Source: Octopus sinensis (lineage: Eukaryota). Taken from it: a DNA stretch of 64,000 nucleotides. The notes under the pieces were generated by a model. That model was not told the origin of the DNA. It ran no database searches and saw nothing but the letters and a program-made list of their open reading frames with translations. Positions 24,323-38,406 of the stretch are shown piece after piece. The position numbers and the translations under genes are program-made. Position 1 is the first letter of the stretch; each line of letters starts with the position of its first letter. Location: assembly GCF_006345805.1 (NCBI RefSeq), contig NC_043015.1, positions 13,082,001 to 13,146,000 on the forward strand, read 5' to 3'.

Positions 24323-26569
24323 GAGTGTGTATTTGTGTGTATATCATTATTACAGCCATTGGCTATTTCTTAATCTCTAGCATGATAACCTTTACAAGAG
24401 GACATCCGTGTATCTTTTTAATTGATATAAGGGAAATAGTTGCCTGATATGCAAGGTTCAAATATTATCTTGAAAATTGTGCATAATACTGTCTGTTGCT
24501 AATTTTCAGTTTCCCAGATAAGGCCAATTATTTGCTTGGATTAGCAACACACCAATAGACAGCTTCATCAGTTTCCTTCAATCCTATTTTTTACTTCATC
24601 TCATAGTTTAGTTATTCTCAGAATGAATTATAAATGCCAGTGATTATGAACTCATGACCTATATATTAAAATACCTCAACCAAGTAATTGCAATTTTGAG
24701 CAAATAAAGTTGCTTTTGATATCTTTTTTTTTCTATCAAGATTCTCTTTATTCTCAAATCTCTGGGACAAGTATAGAGAACATCATTTTCAGAAGACATA
24801 TTTTTCTAAATTGTTAAAACACTATGTATATATTAACAAATCTTTGAGAACTCACATTCATGTAGTAAAGCATTGCATAATGGTGTGTAAAGTATGGTCT
24901 TCTACTAGAAGAGACGGGCATGTCATATTTAACTTTTGTCACACACAATCCTCAATGCAGAACAGAATATTATCATTTTAATACATACACATGGAATATC
25001 TCTAGAGCTGAAATTTTATGAGTTTATTAATTTACAGGCAATGCTAATTGAACTTTATTGAATAACAATAACTTAATCTTGTATTAAAGAGTTCTATTGT
25101 ATGTTAATTCCATTATTATTGTCAACTTGGTTTCTACTCTTAGGAATTCAATATTTTCAACATCACTCAGCTCAAATGTCATCAAAACATATTAATGGAC
25201 AAGAAACCATAATGTAAACTCAATCTGTTTCATATTCCACTCATCTGTAAGGTAACTATTTACATAAATTGGTTTCTTTGTTGTAGCCTGAAAGCTGGAG
25301 ATTCTCATAACCTGTGTTTTTATATTCCTTTAAACTTAACAAGAATACCAGTATTATGATTATTTGCTATTCATATTTATTCATCCAGGAGTTTACATTG
25401 TTAATGCTGCAATATATTGCAATAAATGTATTCTTAGTACCAAATATTTCTGATGATACATTAGTCTTAGGTTTTATGATTCATTTGGCCATTGCCATGA
25501 ACTCAAAGGTTAGCTTTCAGCAAATTGAATCACAAGCTCACCTCTGATTCTTTGTTGAAACTGTTTTGCTTCATCCAGAATACACTTAGAATGTACTTTT
25601 TGTTATTATTACAAGTTTTTTTATTATTTTCTCTATACTTGCATGAAGGGATATTTTATTTGTTAAAGCAGATGTAGATCTACTTTCTATTACTAATCAT
25701 GAAACTGAAGAAGGAATGGAAATTCTAAATTTTATTTATGTATTTTTGTTCACACTGAGCCAACAACTTTAGGTAACTTTTTTTGTAAGTTTAATAAAAA
25801 TGGCTGTAGCAGTGAAATCTAAACTTATGACAATGTAGCTAATTATCCAGGATCTTAATTTTGCATAAAAATTCTCATGACTCTCTTTATCAATAGGTGT
25901 AATCCATTATGTAATAGCTTCACTTGCTAGAAATACCATCCAAATCTCTAATCACATGCTACTGCTTTTGCTTTTTTTAAATAAAGGACATTGGATAATG
26001 TATTCTGAGTACATTGTACCCTACCCTCAGACAGCGTTGTCATGGTTGGATTGTCTTTGACCATAGGTCTGCTTGATCAGGACTGATCTAGTTGTAAACA
26101 TTTGTTCTATCTGATGAGGGATCTTCTATGTAGTTGCCAAGCCTGCTGGAAATGGCAGTCAAATCTCTCTGACCAAACTACCATCTTAAATAAGGAAATG
26201 GACAGTATAGTTAAAGATATGAAAACGAATCATATACTTGCTTGATCACAGGTTTGTTTGACCTGGGGCTAAATAACAATTATGCGACTCAAGCACTAAT
26301 CCAAATTGTTACACTTGCAAGACAGATTAGTAGGTGGCCTAACATTAGACAAGAAACTGATGACTGGGTTCAAGGCCAATTTTTTGAAAAATGAATAGTG
26401 TTAATTCTACATATATTATATTGTTTGTAATCCTTTTTATTCTTCATAACATATACTTCATGAAATATAATATTCTTAGGGTTTCCACTTTGAGCATTGG
26501 CATAATGATTGTTTTGTTTCCAACAGTGAATAGTCAACACATAGTTAAGACAGATGTACATTTCATCCT

Positions 26570-26980
26570 CATCAGCATTGTTTTAACATCCACTTTTCCT
26601 TACTCATATGGGTCAGATGGAATTTGTTGAGGCATATTTTCTACAACCAGATGCTCTTCTTGTTGCCAACTCTTACCTGTTTCCAAGTAATATAGTTTTT
26701 TTGTCTCACAGCTGGATAGGTTTTCATGGAAGATAGGAAATGAAAGGTACAGCTTGTATGATGGTGATACTCATCTACAACAATCATACAATGTTAAAAC
26801 AAAGAGATATCAACTCTCACATACATGATAGGCTTCTTTCAGTTTCCATTTAAATTTGCTCACAAGGCTTTGGCTGACTAAAAGCTATAATAGACATTTA
26901 CTCATTGTCCAACACAGTGGAACTGAACCCAGAACCATCTGGTTGGGAAGTAAGCTACTTAACCACGCAGCCATGCCAGC
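26570..26980 (-). mobile_element. Full-length tRNA-SINE with RTE-type tail
   Basis: Minus strand ggcatggctgcgtggttaagtagctt...gggttcagttcc head through ...gaaaagtggatgttaaaa tail. Confidence 0.75.
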
Positions 26981-27552
26981 ATATAAATCTTTGTGCTAAA
27001 TATGTATATTTTAAAAAGATAAATCAAATTTACAACTTTTGTTTCTGGTCTTTGTTTAACATAAGATGTTTGTGAAATATACTGAAAATTTCAATTTTTA
27101 ATTAACAGATTTGCACAATGAACAAGAACAACAATAGCACTTGATGTTTAAATGAAGGAAGATGTTTTTTTTTTCTTTAACATAAAAAACTGTAATAAAA
27201 GTTTTATGAAATATAAAATATGATTAGTTGTGATGCATGATATATAAGGGATGATAATGTGGATGGATTAATATAGATAAAGTGATCTGATGGGTTGGTA
27301 GTGGTGGTGACTGAGGTTGGTAACAAAGCACTGAACTAAAAGTTTAACAAAACCAACCTGATGATGGTTGTTTTGTTAAACTTTGTGTGTGGGGAATTGT
27401 GAGAGGATATGGTGAGTGAATATGTGTAAAAGAAACTGTATGTATGGGAGAATTTGTATGTTAGAGTATGTATGTGTATACTGTGTACAAGAGAGAGCAT
27501 GAGAGAGAAAGCGTAGTTGTGTGTGTAATAGAGAAATGAGTGTATATGTGTA

Positions 27553-27987
27553 TACTTACTTGAGCCTTTCATTCCCTATGGAACATTGGCCATTGATGAC
27601 TATTCTCTACTGTTCTCAACCCTGGGCTGTCTCTCCTGCTTTTTTCCCATTGGATCCTTGCTTTTTGCTGCCTCCAACTCTTTTTAGAGAGTCTTCTCTT
27701 GTGCCTCACTCGTGTGTTCCTGGTTAGGGTATATGTTTACCTGGAGGTCTTGTTGGTTTTGAATTGTCATCAATGCTTCTGTAACTTTGCTTTTTTCTAA
27801 ATAAGGGTGTAGCATGTTGACCTGATGCAATCTCAATTTTTACCTCTGAGAAGAGGTGGTTCTAATTAGCTTGACCGCTACTCTTTGATCTGTCCTGCAT
27901 GGGAGGCCCTACCAGGAGCTTGCACTCTGTTGGCATAACTCACAGGGCCAGTAAGGCATGCAAGCCACCACGCTGCAACAAAGACTG
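27553..27987 (-). mobile_element. Bipartite non-autonomous RTE (5' UTR joined to 3' end)
   Basis: 5' part gtggtggcttgcatgcc...gttatgcc...ctggtagggcctcccatgcaggacagatcaaag resembles RTE/BovB 5' UTRs; 3' part gcccagggttga...aatggccaatgttccatagggaatgaaaggctcaagtaagta resembles RTE ORF ends with a (TAAG)n tail. Confidence 0.7.
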
Positions 27988-28000
27988 AATTTTATGTTAC

Positions 28001-28108
28001 AAAAAATACGGAACACTTCAAGAACCTGCATGTCATCCTTGTGCAGAGGGCCATGCAATCTTCTATGTATCATTCCTATTTTAGAATATATCCTGTTGAA
28101 GGAAGTGT
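28001..28108 (-). pseudogene. U6: Near full-length U6 snRNA pseudogene
   Basis: Minus strand acttccttcaacaggatatattctaaaataggaatgatacatagaagattgcatggccctctgcacaaggatgacatgcaggttcttgaagtgttccgtatttttt aligns end to end with U6; ACAGAGA box and AGC triad are damaged. Confidence 0.92.
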
Positions 28109-29627
28109 GTATATTTATAAGGTTTTTTCCCCACATGATGTAAACAAAGAAAGAAGGGCATGATCCATGGTCCTTTTCTGAACAACCGAAGCTGTTAAAC
28201 TTATTCTCAGGCCGAAGTTTTGTCATGGATGCTGGTTTTCAACAGTAAAGGTACCCAAGTGCTATGTGGAGGTATTAAACTTGCTTACATATTGTCATCC
28301 AAGGTTTGAGTGAGAGAGGGAGAATCTATCCTGTTTCTACAAGTTAACATACTTGTGTATGTGCTTGCATGACAGCTAGTGTATTCATATGAGTGTGTGT
28401 ATGCAACAAAGTAGATTTGCAGATGTGAGAGAGTATATTTATCAGTAAGACAAAATTTACCTAAATGAGATAGAGTTCAAGTTTGGGCTTGGATAGGTTG
28501 CTACTGATGTTCTCTTCCTTGTGAGGCACTAGAAAATGAGAAGTTCTTAGTTAAGAGTGAGCCATTATAACTAGCATTTGTTAAGATGGAGAAGGCATTT
28601 GATAGTTCAGCATTCTGTAATATGGTGGTTGCTAAGAAAATTAGATGTAGATGAATGGAATGTGAGAGTTGTGCTAGCTACACTGAGATGCTGACAGCAA
28701 GATGAGTAATTTATCATCATGTAGTTATTCATGAGAGCTTGGTTCTTAGCCTTCTCCTGTTTCTTATAACTTTCTAAGTAATAACTGAGATTTAGACCGA
28801 CTCTCTTTTGGAACCCCTGTATGTTAACATAGTTCTCACAAGTGAATTTGTCAAAGATTTGGTGAAACAACCCTTAGAATGGAAAAGAACCTCAAAGTAA
28901 TCTAGCAAAAACAAATGCCTTAGTTATGCAGAAGAGTCCTGTCTTTCCTGTTATCAAGCATAGTCACTTCTTGGGTAGTAGTAAAGGAGTGTTAACACAT
29001 GTGTAAACACAATGGGTATACAAGAAGTATTGAAATCATAGGCAGGCTAACAAGGAAAAATACTTCTCTACATATGTGGCCTAATTGGGGTGCTTTAAAA
29101 GCATAGTAGATACAATAACAAAAGGATAGAAAAAGCTTAGAGAGTTGTGACTGCTATTAGCAACAAAGTACATTTCCCACTAATGAAAGGTAGATTGTAT
29201 GGTGTTTGTACATGAAGTACAATATTACATGGTGTTAAAATATAGACATTGAAGGGAGTGAATGTGAAAGGAAGGAAATGAGATAAGCATGATTTGTTGC
29301 GTGTGTTTGTGTGCATGAACACTATTGTGCTATGTAATGTTAATGTGCCTGGATGATGGAGAAAGCAATCAGATTAGTTGGAGCATGTGGAAGAAGATTG
29401 AGAAAGACATAGGCAGTAGTAGTAAAAACTTATCTCAAGATGTTGAAGCTCACAAAGATGAGTGACCAAGGCAAGTGTGTCTATTTCTCAGTAAGTGAAT
29501 TAAAGATCTCACATCAAAAAGCACCAAATAATCAGGAACCTGGGTCAACCATTTATTTATATGGACAGAAGGTGGAAAATATAGACAGCTTCCCAAATAT
29601 TGAAAGTACTTTACAACAGAATGTAAA

Positions 29628-29845
29628 TATTGGTTTCAAATTTTGGCACAATGTCAGCAATTTGGAGGAGGGGATAAGTCAATTACAGTGACCCCAGGCT
29701 TAACTGGTACTTATTTTATTGACCCTGGAAGGATGAAAGGCGAAGTTGACCTCGGTAGAATTCGAACTCAGAACCTAAAGGCAGATAAAATGCTGCTAAG
29801 TATTTTTCCTGGTGTGTTAAAAATTCTGCCAGTTTGCTGACTTAA
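29628..29845 (-). mobile_element. About 215-bp SINE with TSD acagaatgtaaatattg
   Basis: Family motifs ggatgaaaggcgaagttgacc and ttcgaactcagaac; aacagaatgtaaatattg occurs on both sides (about 29615 and 29844). Confidence 0.85.
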
Positions 29846-31399
29846 CAGAATGTAAATATTGATGAGGATATTCAACAGTGGATAGAATGCACCAGAAAAA
29901 CTTTTGGTTATCTAAATACATGTATATGTGCTCTGAATTTATAAATTATCTGCCTAGCAGTTTTTCTTCTTATTGTATGGTTATAAATTGCTATGCATTT
30001 TTAGTGTTATCTACAAGACAGTTTTAAATAGCAACCATAGTGTCCATATTAAACACTTTGTTTCAATACTATTTTTATTAGAATTATTAATAGTTTATCC
30101 TTGTCAACCAAACTGCATTGAGTTTTGTCTTTATTACAATTTAAAATCTGTTCTTTAGTTTAAAATCTTTTTTCTAAAAGGGGGATAAAAGGCAATTTTC
30201 AAATAAGACTCAGATCAGAACTAAGAAGTTTGATTCCTTCTACTATCATATTCTAGAAAAGTAAGAAAGATTAAAAAATTGGGGTGGTATGTGGAATCAG
30301 TAAGAAGTCTATTAACATTTCATTAAAGTAATCTAAATAAAATGAATTCCAATGATAACAGCATGGGATTCATGATAAATTTCAAATGTAACAACTTGTT
30401 GGCTAGGGTTTTCAGAATAAAGCAAACTGTATTATATTTTCATATATTGCTCAAGTCCAAGATATCTAAGTATAAGCAAAAGCCATTAAAAAAAAAAAAA
30501 AATCGGGCAAGTTTCTGTTACATAGGTATTTTGTTGGTTAAACTCACCAATTGCTTTGCTTTATGATATCTGGCTATATACCTTACACTTTAAAACGCTA
30601 ATTGACCCCACTTACGGGTTAATAAAATAAGTAATTTTAACATACTGACTTTGTATCTAGCAGTTTAGATCTAAAAAGAACTGTGAAGTTCATGTATACA
30701 CATAACATACTAAGATATTGTTTCAGTCAGTTATTTATACTCTCAAATCTTGCTATATTTGTTAATAAGTCTTAATTAGAAATTGTACAATATAGCCATT
30801 TGTTTCTAAAACTTAGGAAGTGTGACTTAAGTGCTACAGTTTTTACCCACTAATTTGATATCTCAACTCGCTTATTTTACACATTATAAACTTCTAAGTT
30901 AACCCTATATTTCCTAGTGACAATTATTTATTTTATTGTTGCGTAACCCTATATCAGCCCTGATTGAGTAGTCCTATGATCAAAAGATTTCCAGACATAA
31001 CCATCTCATTTTTTTTTTATCTGCCAAGAACTCACGATCATTATATTCAATGTGTCATTTTTTTAAGGAATGTTATTTGGAGATTTGATGCCATTTCTGG
31101 CAGATGTAACAACCAATTATAGCTATGGATCAAAGAATCCTCTGAAACTACCATAGTTCTTCCTGGGTGTTATCAACAAGTATTGGTGATTTTGTCTGTC
31201 ATATAAAATATAATTTCTGTTATACATAGTTTCTCAGTTACACGTCTTTTCTATTTCTGGCAATAACCCTTCCTTTCCTAGCTTTGCTGTGTTAACTTTC
31301 AAGCATACATATATACACAACAGTGCAGAACAATAAGAATAATCAGTCTACTTCTGTTTTCTGCTATCTGTTTGATAGGCATACAATCCTAGCTGAAAG

Positions 31400-31700
31400 G
31401 TTTAGTTTTTCTGGAGAAACATGCAGTGTCCAATATCTACTGGAAAGGCTTAAATAAGGTGAGGGTGGGGGGATTCCAGAAGGTTATTTTTCTGAGAAGG
31501 AAGAACAAGGAATACTAATTGCCACAGGGCTCTGGGAGGCTTGGGCACAACAAGGGTGACAGGAAGTAGGGAAATAACTGGGTTGATTGTTCCTGTGTGA
31601 AGGAGGTACAAGTCCAGCCAGGTCCAAGGAAAAGAGGCCCATTATGGCAACAGAAGAGACAGTGTACTTGAAGGCCAGAGGCTGGAACATGATTTAAAGC
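31400..31700 (-). mobile_element. Decayed 3' end of a CR1/Jockey-group LINE
   Basis: FQPLA, LAGLVPP, HP, SFFSE-like and LLESP fragments resemble the C-terminus of this ORF2 group. Confidence 0.5.
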
Positions 31701-32675
31701 CAATCAGTGGAGTGGCTCTTCTGGATTTGGTCCAGGATGTCTTGCTTTGCAATCATAAGGTTCTGGGTTGAATCCCACTGCATGTTTCCTTTAACAAATG
31801 TCTTTTCCTATTACTTTGGCTCAACTTAAGCCTTTTGAATTAAACTGAGTTGGCAAAAAAAAAAAAAAGGGAAGCTTATTCTATGAGTTGTAATTGTTAT
31901 TGAAAAGTCCAGTTTGGGACACTGAGTTTATCTAAAGAAGATTGCATTAAGGATGCTCATGTTTGTGGAATACTCTGTTACCTATACTTCAATATAATGA
32001 GTTCCACTGATCAAACATGAAGATATATTTTCAAAATCAATGATATTAGGTCTGCTATAGGAGTGGGGAAAAAGAGGAGGGCAAACTAGTGTTTGTTTTG
32101 CAGTTGCTTATTCCTCTTGACATTTAAGAAGCTATAATTACATCTAAAAAAGAAATGGGCCTAATTCTAGAGAAAAATAACTTTTATAACATTGTTCAGT
32201 TGTTTAAGCAATTTAATTTAAATTAAACCACCTTCACATTCTCTCTGGCAAACTAACGTGCAACATCCTTATAATTTATGATATAACATATGTGGAGAGC
32301 CTCCTATCGATTAATATACTAATTGGCATCTTAATGATATTGAAAATGATTCGAATTTGTTGAGTCAGAAGCAGAAATAGCTATAATGTTAAGGTGCTTG
32401 ACTAAAGTTCAAACATGTAAATCATTATACAATGATCGCTTAAAATCACAAGGCCAGTAGTTTAGAGGGGAGGAAGTTAGTTGATTACATCACCCCTAGT
32501 ATTTGACTGGTACTTTATTTTATTGACTTTGGAGAGAAGAAAAGCAAAGTTGACCCTAACAGAATCTGAATTCAGAATGTAAAGAGCCAGAACAAAACCA
32601 CAAAGTATTTTTCAATGTTTTAACAATTCTTTCAACCAGCTGCTCAAAAAATAATTCATAATACTATTAATAACT

Positions 32676-34520
32676 AAGCACGACCTTCGAACTTTAGGTC
32701 TCACTAAGGAAATGTCTAGAGACCGAGACCTATGGAAGTATGCTGTGCATGAGAAGACCCGGCAAGACTAGTCAGGCCATAACCCGTGGCCCCGACCTGG
32801 GACGTAGTCAGTCCTGTGCATACCTCCTTCTTGTGACACTTATGAAGACCTGTTGAGGCAAGTGAAAATCAAATCAAATCAAATCAAAACAAATCAAAAT
32901 AGATGAACATCAGTGGAATTGTATTCTTTGTGGTACCAGTGCCGGTGGCACACAAGAAAACCACCCAACGTGGCCGTAACCAGTACCGCATCGACTGGCC
33001 TCCGTGCTGTGGGCACAACAAACACCATCCGATCGTGGCCGTTCGCCAGCCTCATCTGGCACCTGTGCGGTGGCACATAAAGACACCATCCGAAGACCCG
33101 GCGACGTAGTCAGTCCACCTGTGCATACCTTCCCTCTTATGACACTTGTGAAGACCTGTTGAGGCAAGTGTGTGACACTTGTGAAGACCTGTTGAGGCAG
33201 AGGCAAGTGTGTGACACTTGTGGAGACCTGTTGAGGCAAGTGTGTGACCCTTGTGAAGACCTGTTGAGGCAAGTGAAAATCAAACCAAATCAAAATAGAT
33301 GAATATCAATGGAATTTGTATCTTTGTGGTTCCAGTACCGGTGGCACACAAGAAAACCATCCGAGCGTGGCCGTAGCCGGTACCGCATCGACTGGCCTCC
33401 GTGCTGTGGGCACAACAAACACCATCTGATCGTGGCCGTTCACCAGCCTCACCTGGCACCTGTGTCGGTGGCACATAAAAACACCATCCAAAGACCCGGC
33501 GACGTAGTCAGTCCACCTGTGCATACCTTCCCTCTTACGACACTTGTGAAGACCTGTTGAGGCAGAGGCAAGTGTGTGACACTTGTGAAGACCTGTTGAG
33601 GCAGAGGCAAGTGTGTAACACTTGTGGAGACCTGTTGAGGCAAGTGTGTGACACGCGTGACACTTGTGAAGACCTGTTGAGGCAAGTGAAAATCAAACCA
33701 AATCAAAATAGATGAACATCAATGGAATTTGTATCTTTGTGGTTCCAGTACCGGTGGCACACAAGAAAACCATCCGATCGTGGCCGTTCGCCAGCCACAT
33801 CTGGCACCTGTGTCGGTGGCACATAAAGACACCATCCGAAGACCCGGCGACGTAGACAGTCCACCTGTGCATACCTTCCTTCTTGTGACACTTGTGAAGA
33901 CCTGTTGAGGCAAGTGAAAATCAAATCAAATCAAATCAAGTCAAAACAAATCAAAATAGATGAACATAAATGGAATTTGTATCTTTGTGGTACCAGTGCC
34001 GGTGGCACACAAGAAAATCATCCGAACGTGGCCGTAGCCAGTACCGCATAGACTGGCCTCCGTGCTTTGGGGACGTAACAAACACCATCCGATCGTGGCC
34101 GTCCGCCAGCCTCATCTGGCACCTGTGTCGGTGGCACATAAAAACACCATCCGAGCGTGGCCGTCTGCCAGCCTCGTCTGGCACCCGCCAGCCTCATCTG
34201 GCACCTGTGTCGGTGGCACATAAAAACACCATCCGAGCGTGGCCGTCTGCCAGCCTCGTCTGGCACCTGTGTCGGTGGCACATAAAAACACCATCCGAGC
34301 GTGGCCGTTCGCCAGCCTCGTCTGGCACCTGTGTCGGTGGCACATAAAATCACCCACTACACTCTCGGAGTGGTTGGCGTTAGGAAGGGCATCCAGCTGT
34401 AGAAACACTGCCAGATCTGACTGGCCTGGTGCAGCCTTCGGGCTCCCCAGACCCCAGTTGAACCGTCCAACCCATGCTAGCATGGAAAACGGACGCTAAA
34501 TGATGATGATGATGATGATG
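32676..34520 (+). mobile_element. Young 5'-truncated RTE-type LINE: ORF end plus tandemly amplified 3' UTR and (ATG)n tail
   Basis: KHDLRTLGLTKEMSRDRDLWKYAVHEKTRQD* at 32676-32771; CpG-rich repeats; tail ggaagggcatccagctgtagaaac...ggacgctaaatgatgatg. Confidence 0.85.
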
Positions 34521-36253
34521 ATTGTTTTATCCTTACAACATAATTATTTCTAGTTAAATTTCAATGGCTCTTACATTTAATATACCAAGACTAACACATA
34601 CACTTAAGTGGAGTCTATTATGCTTAATGTAGTGAGTTTCTTGAAGATATTTAATTAAAATTATAGTCATTATGATGATAAATTATTGGTGTTAATCAAT
34701 AACTTTTGTCAAGGAAAATAAGGGAGACAGCTCTAAAATCCAAATTAAAAGTTAACATGGTAAGGCATGCAGTTGGAAATAAGTCAGATTTTAGGGAACT
34801 AAGAGAAACTATGGACATGTTTCACTCTTTATTAGACATCGCAGGAAAGCAGTGTTATTAATACTTAGAAAATCCTAGACTTTTTTTTACATAAAGCATT
34901 CACTTATATGACAATTTAAAATAGTGATGGGAAATTTTCCTAGTGATGCCTTTAACATGAAGAATATATCATTAAGTAGGCATTGATGTAATGCAGGGAG
35001 CTATAGTTAGAAGTTTAAAATCTGACAGCTGTCAATGTGTGGATAAATGCATCCCTCTTAGCCTCATTTTGCAATATGGTTAGAAGCAGAAACATCTTAA
35101 CAACATGTAATCTTTAAATACCTTACAATAGAAGGAGATAAAAATAAAGATGTCTTAATATGCTTACATATTAGTTATGTTTAGAAATTTCCAGCTAAAT
35201 GGTTAGTTTTGTCTGCAGTTCATAAAATAAAATTGTGGGGATTAAAAAAAAAAAATGTTTACTTTGGAGCACTGCTTGAAACTACTAGAAATTTTCTGTT
35301 CATTTCAGACATCAGAAACTAATTAGATTCCTTTTTTGCTAATTCACAGCAACTCTGTGAACTGAAAATTATTTCTACCGCCTGTTGCTGACCATTAGTT
35401 TCACATCACATCTACAATTGATAATATTTGCTGTGCATTATAAATTACTTCTTAGTTCTGCTTTTGTCTCTATCTCTTTCTCCTTCTTTTGTCTTATCTC
35501 TCTCTCTCTCTCTCTCTCTCCCCACTCTGTTTTTATTTTCCTTAGCTTTTATTTCTCTTCTTTTCTCATTTTCTTTGTTTTGCTTCTTGCATTTCTTTCT
35601 TTTGCATTTCTATATTTTGCTTTATCGGCTTTCTTTCCCATCCTGTTGTCACTTTTCTATTTTCCTCTTACTTTTTCCACTCAGCTTTATCTTCCATTTA
35701 AATTACCTTGCATTACAAATGGAATGGTATCTGGTTGAGAAGTGTCAATGTATGTATTTCAAAACCTGCCAACTAATAGAAAGAGGATGTTAAATCAACA
35801 TTGATGACAATACACTTAATAGCTGTCCTTTTAAATGCAACAGCCATTAAGTAATATTTCCTTTCCAAGTCAAGAAAATTATCAGTTCAAATTTCTAATT
35901 GACCATATTCTACTGTTATACAAAATTTTGTATTTATGAAAGGATTTGTGCAAGTGACAAGTTGCTAGATACTGTTGAACACTGAATGAATCTAATTTCA
36001 CAATTCTGGGTTCAGATCCTGCTAGGATCATATTTACTTTTAGTTGAATGTACTATATTCCATTTCTGATGACTTGGTTTGGTGATGCTCAAAAGAAATC
36101 AATTGAAAGTATTTGTATTTTAATGAGTTTTCCTTAAGGATTATATATTGTATTTCTGCAATAACCTTGCAGTGTTGTTTTGTTGTATCAGAAAAAAATC
36201 AATAATTGCTGTACCTCAGCAATGTACTTTGACAAGGCTATATGTGCATGGGA

Positions 36254-36289
<36 letters not shown>

Positions 36290-36566
36290 TTTGTTTAGTA
36301 TTATTTGCTCAGTAAAAGCAAAGTTAAACATACATTTATCCAATATCATAACAAAGAATTTAGTTATGGCAGCTTCTTAGTGTTGTAGGCTTTGAGTTAG
36401 TGTATTGATTTGAACAACTGATTACTTTTTTTCTCATATGTTAGACATGCAGGAAACAATTCTGGATATGTTTCAGCTATATTCTGATCTCTACAGTGTA
36501 ACATTGCTTTTCTGTGTTTGCACAAATGATCATAAATGAATCACTGTGTGTGTAAATGTGTGTGTG

Positions 36567-36594
<28 letters not shown>

Positions 36595-36601
<7 letters not shown>

Positions 36602-36818
36602 AGGTGCTTAAAAGTTTCTGGGTTTGGGTAAAAGAAAATACAGGAGGACCAGTTAATTATGATTTTATTCAACATAATCTTCTCTCAGATTCACACACTT
36701 ATTGTAGAAAACCTTCAGTTTTTTTTTTTAAATCTGTAAAAGAACTCGGAAAGTTGGGCCTCCAGCCAGACCTTTTGCAATACCCTTAAAACCAGGAACA
36801 TTTCAGCATCCCCTTGTA
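36595..36818. mobile_element. Mariner-type MITE
   Basis: TIRs cacgaggaggtgcttaaaagtttctgg / ccaggaacatttcagcatccccttgta. Confidence 0.7.
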
Positions 36819-37724
36819 TATGCAAGATTGCACATTATTGATGTGGAGAATATAATTGTTTTGAGATTGAATAATTCAGCATTTATATGATCTGTACATT
36901 AAATATATGAACATCAACTTGCCTATTATATTTTGCATGGGTGGCTTTTGTTACATATCTATTCATGTGTGTGTGTGCACATACATTTTATTATTTGTAC
37001 ATGTACACACTTGTACTCTTGTACATGCACACATGTATTGGCACTATTGTTTGCATGCATGCACATTGTGGAACTATTGTCTGCATGTGCATGTGGCAGC
37101 ACTCTTATCTATATACAAATGTACAAATATTTTTTTCCACATACACACATGCTAGCTTACTTCATACATACAAGCTATTCTAAAGTGAAACATTTGAGAT
37201 ATTTGAAGAATTCTGTAAGGATTAATTAATATAAATAATGATTTCTTTTTTCTTGAGATTTTTGTTTTTGCAAATGGAAGAGTCCATATTTTAATCAATT
37301 TTAATCTTGCATATTTGTTTATTCAGCTGTTTGACTCTTCCCAATTTGATACATTGGTTTCAAGTCTCTCCATGGTACGATTTGTATATATTCTTATAGC
37401 ACACAGTATAAACTATACATTCATGATATATCTATTTATCGCTGAGTGGATCGGTCCAGTAAAAGCTAAGCATTTCAGAGAGGAAGTCTGCAACTATATA
37501 TTTCATTGATCTTGAAGGATGAAAGGTAAATCGGATTCATCTAGGATTCGATTGAACCTATACTGTAATGTATATATCCTGGTGATAACACTATATAATT
37601 TTATTGGCTTCCAATATTTCGGTATAACATACAACAAAAGCAACTTCAGACAATAAAGGATATAAGTTCAAATACCTTTGATTGCCTTTCATCTTACAAG
37701 TTTCAATGAAATTTTACAAGTTAT

Positions 37725-37910
37725 TTAACCCTAGGTCAGTTGCGATCAAATAGGCCTATCATTAAAGACAATCCAGCCATACCTACCTATTTTATTTTCT
37801 CTGACAGTGAACTACATTATCTTAAGTGTTCTTTTTGAGGTGGCATGGTGTAGTTTGAGGGAGAATTTGTTGATAATTCTAATAGTTTGAGTGATCTCAT
37901 AGAGGCTCAT
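37725..37910 (+). repeat. Representative of an unclassified ~200-bp interspersed family
   Basis: taaccctaggtcag...cctatcattaaagac...cattatcttaagtgt...gagggagaattt; related copies near 25900-26280, 30945-31120, 38437-38615, 45487, 46645, 54580, 58185 and 61095. Confidence 0.6.
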
Positions 37911-38331
37911 TGGTTTATAAATAGTATAATTACTATAGAATTATGATACTGTAATCAAGCTACACTTTCTGAAACATCTTTGTTCTAAAGAGATACATAA
38001 TTACATAAAATCAAAAGAACTACCTGAAGGATATGTACATTATAATGGGAGAGAAAACATTAAAACAGAATAAAACTAGGGCTCTTGCTGTAGTAAACAG
38101 GGAAAAAGATATTTTTGTGCGAAGGCACTATTCTCACAACTTTATTAGATTGGTACTTGTATTGATATATTTCTTTTATTTAACAGAATGAAATTTCAAT
38201 TTGAATCACAGTTGAAATCAACTCATTGAGAAAACAGAATATCTAGCGTTTATCTCTTAGGGAGGAGTTAAATCCATGTGTACAGTTGAACTGATGTCAC
38301 ATTATTCATTCAGTCTTGTTCATTGTACCAC

Positions 38332-38406
<75 letters not shown>

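Noticed and set aside
28001-28120. Functional U6 gene with an upstream TATA box
   Set aside because: ACAGAGA reads ACATAGA, the AGC triad is broken, and the TATA-like sequence is too close to the start and overlaps the candidate TSD.
32894-34499. Many overlapping ORFs on both strands (also 45838-46602)
   Set aside because: By-products of GC-rich tandem repeats; the peptides are repetitive with no domain.
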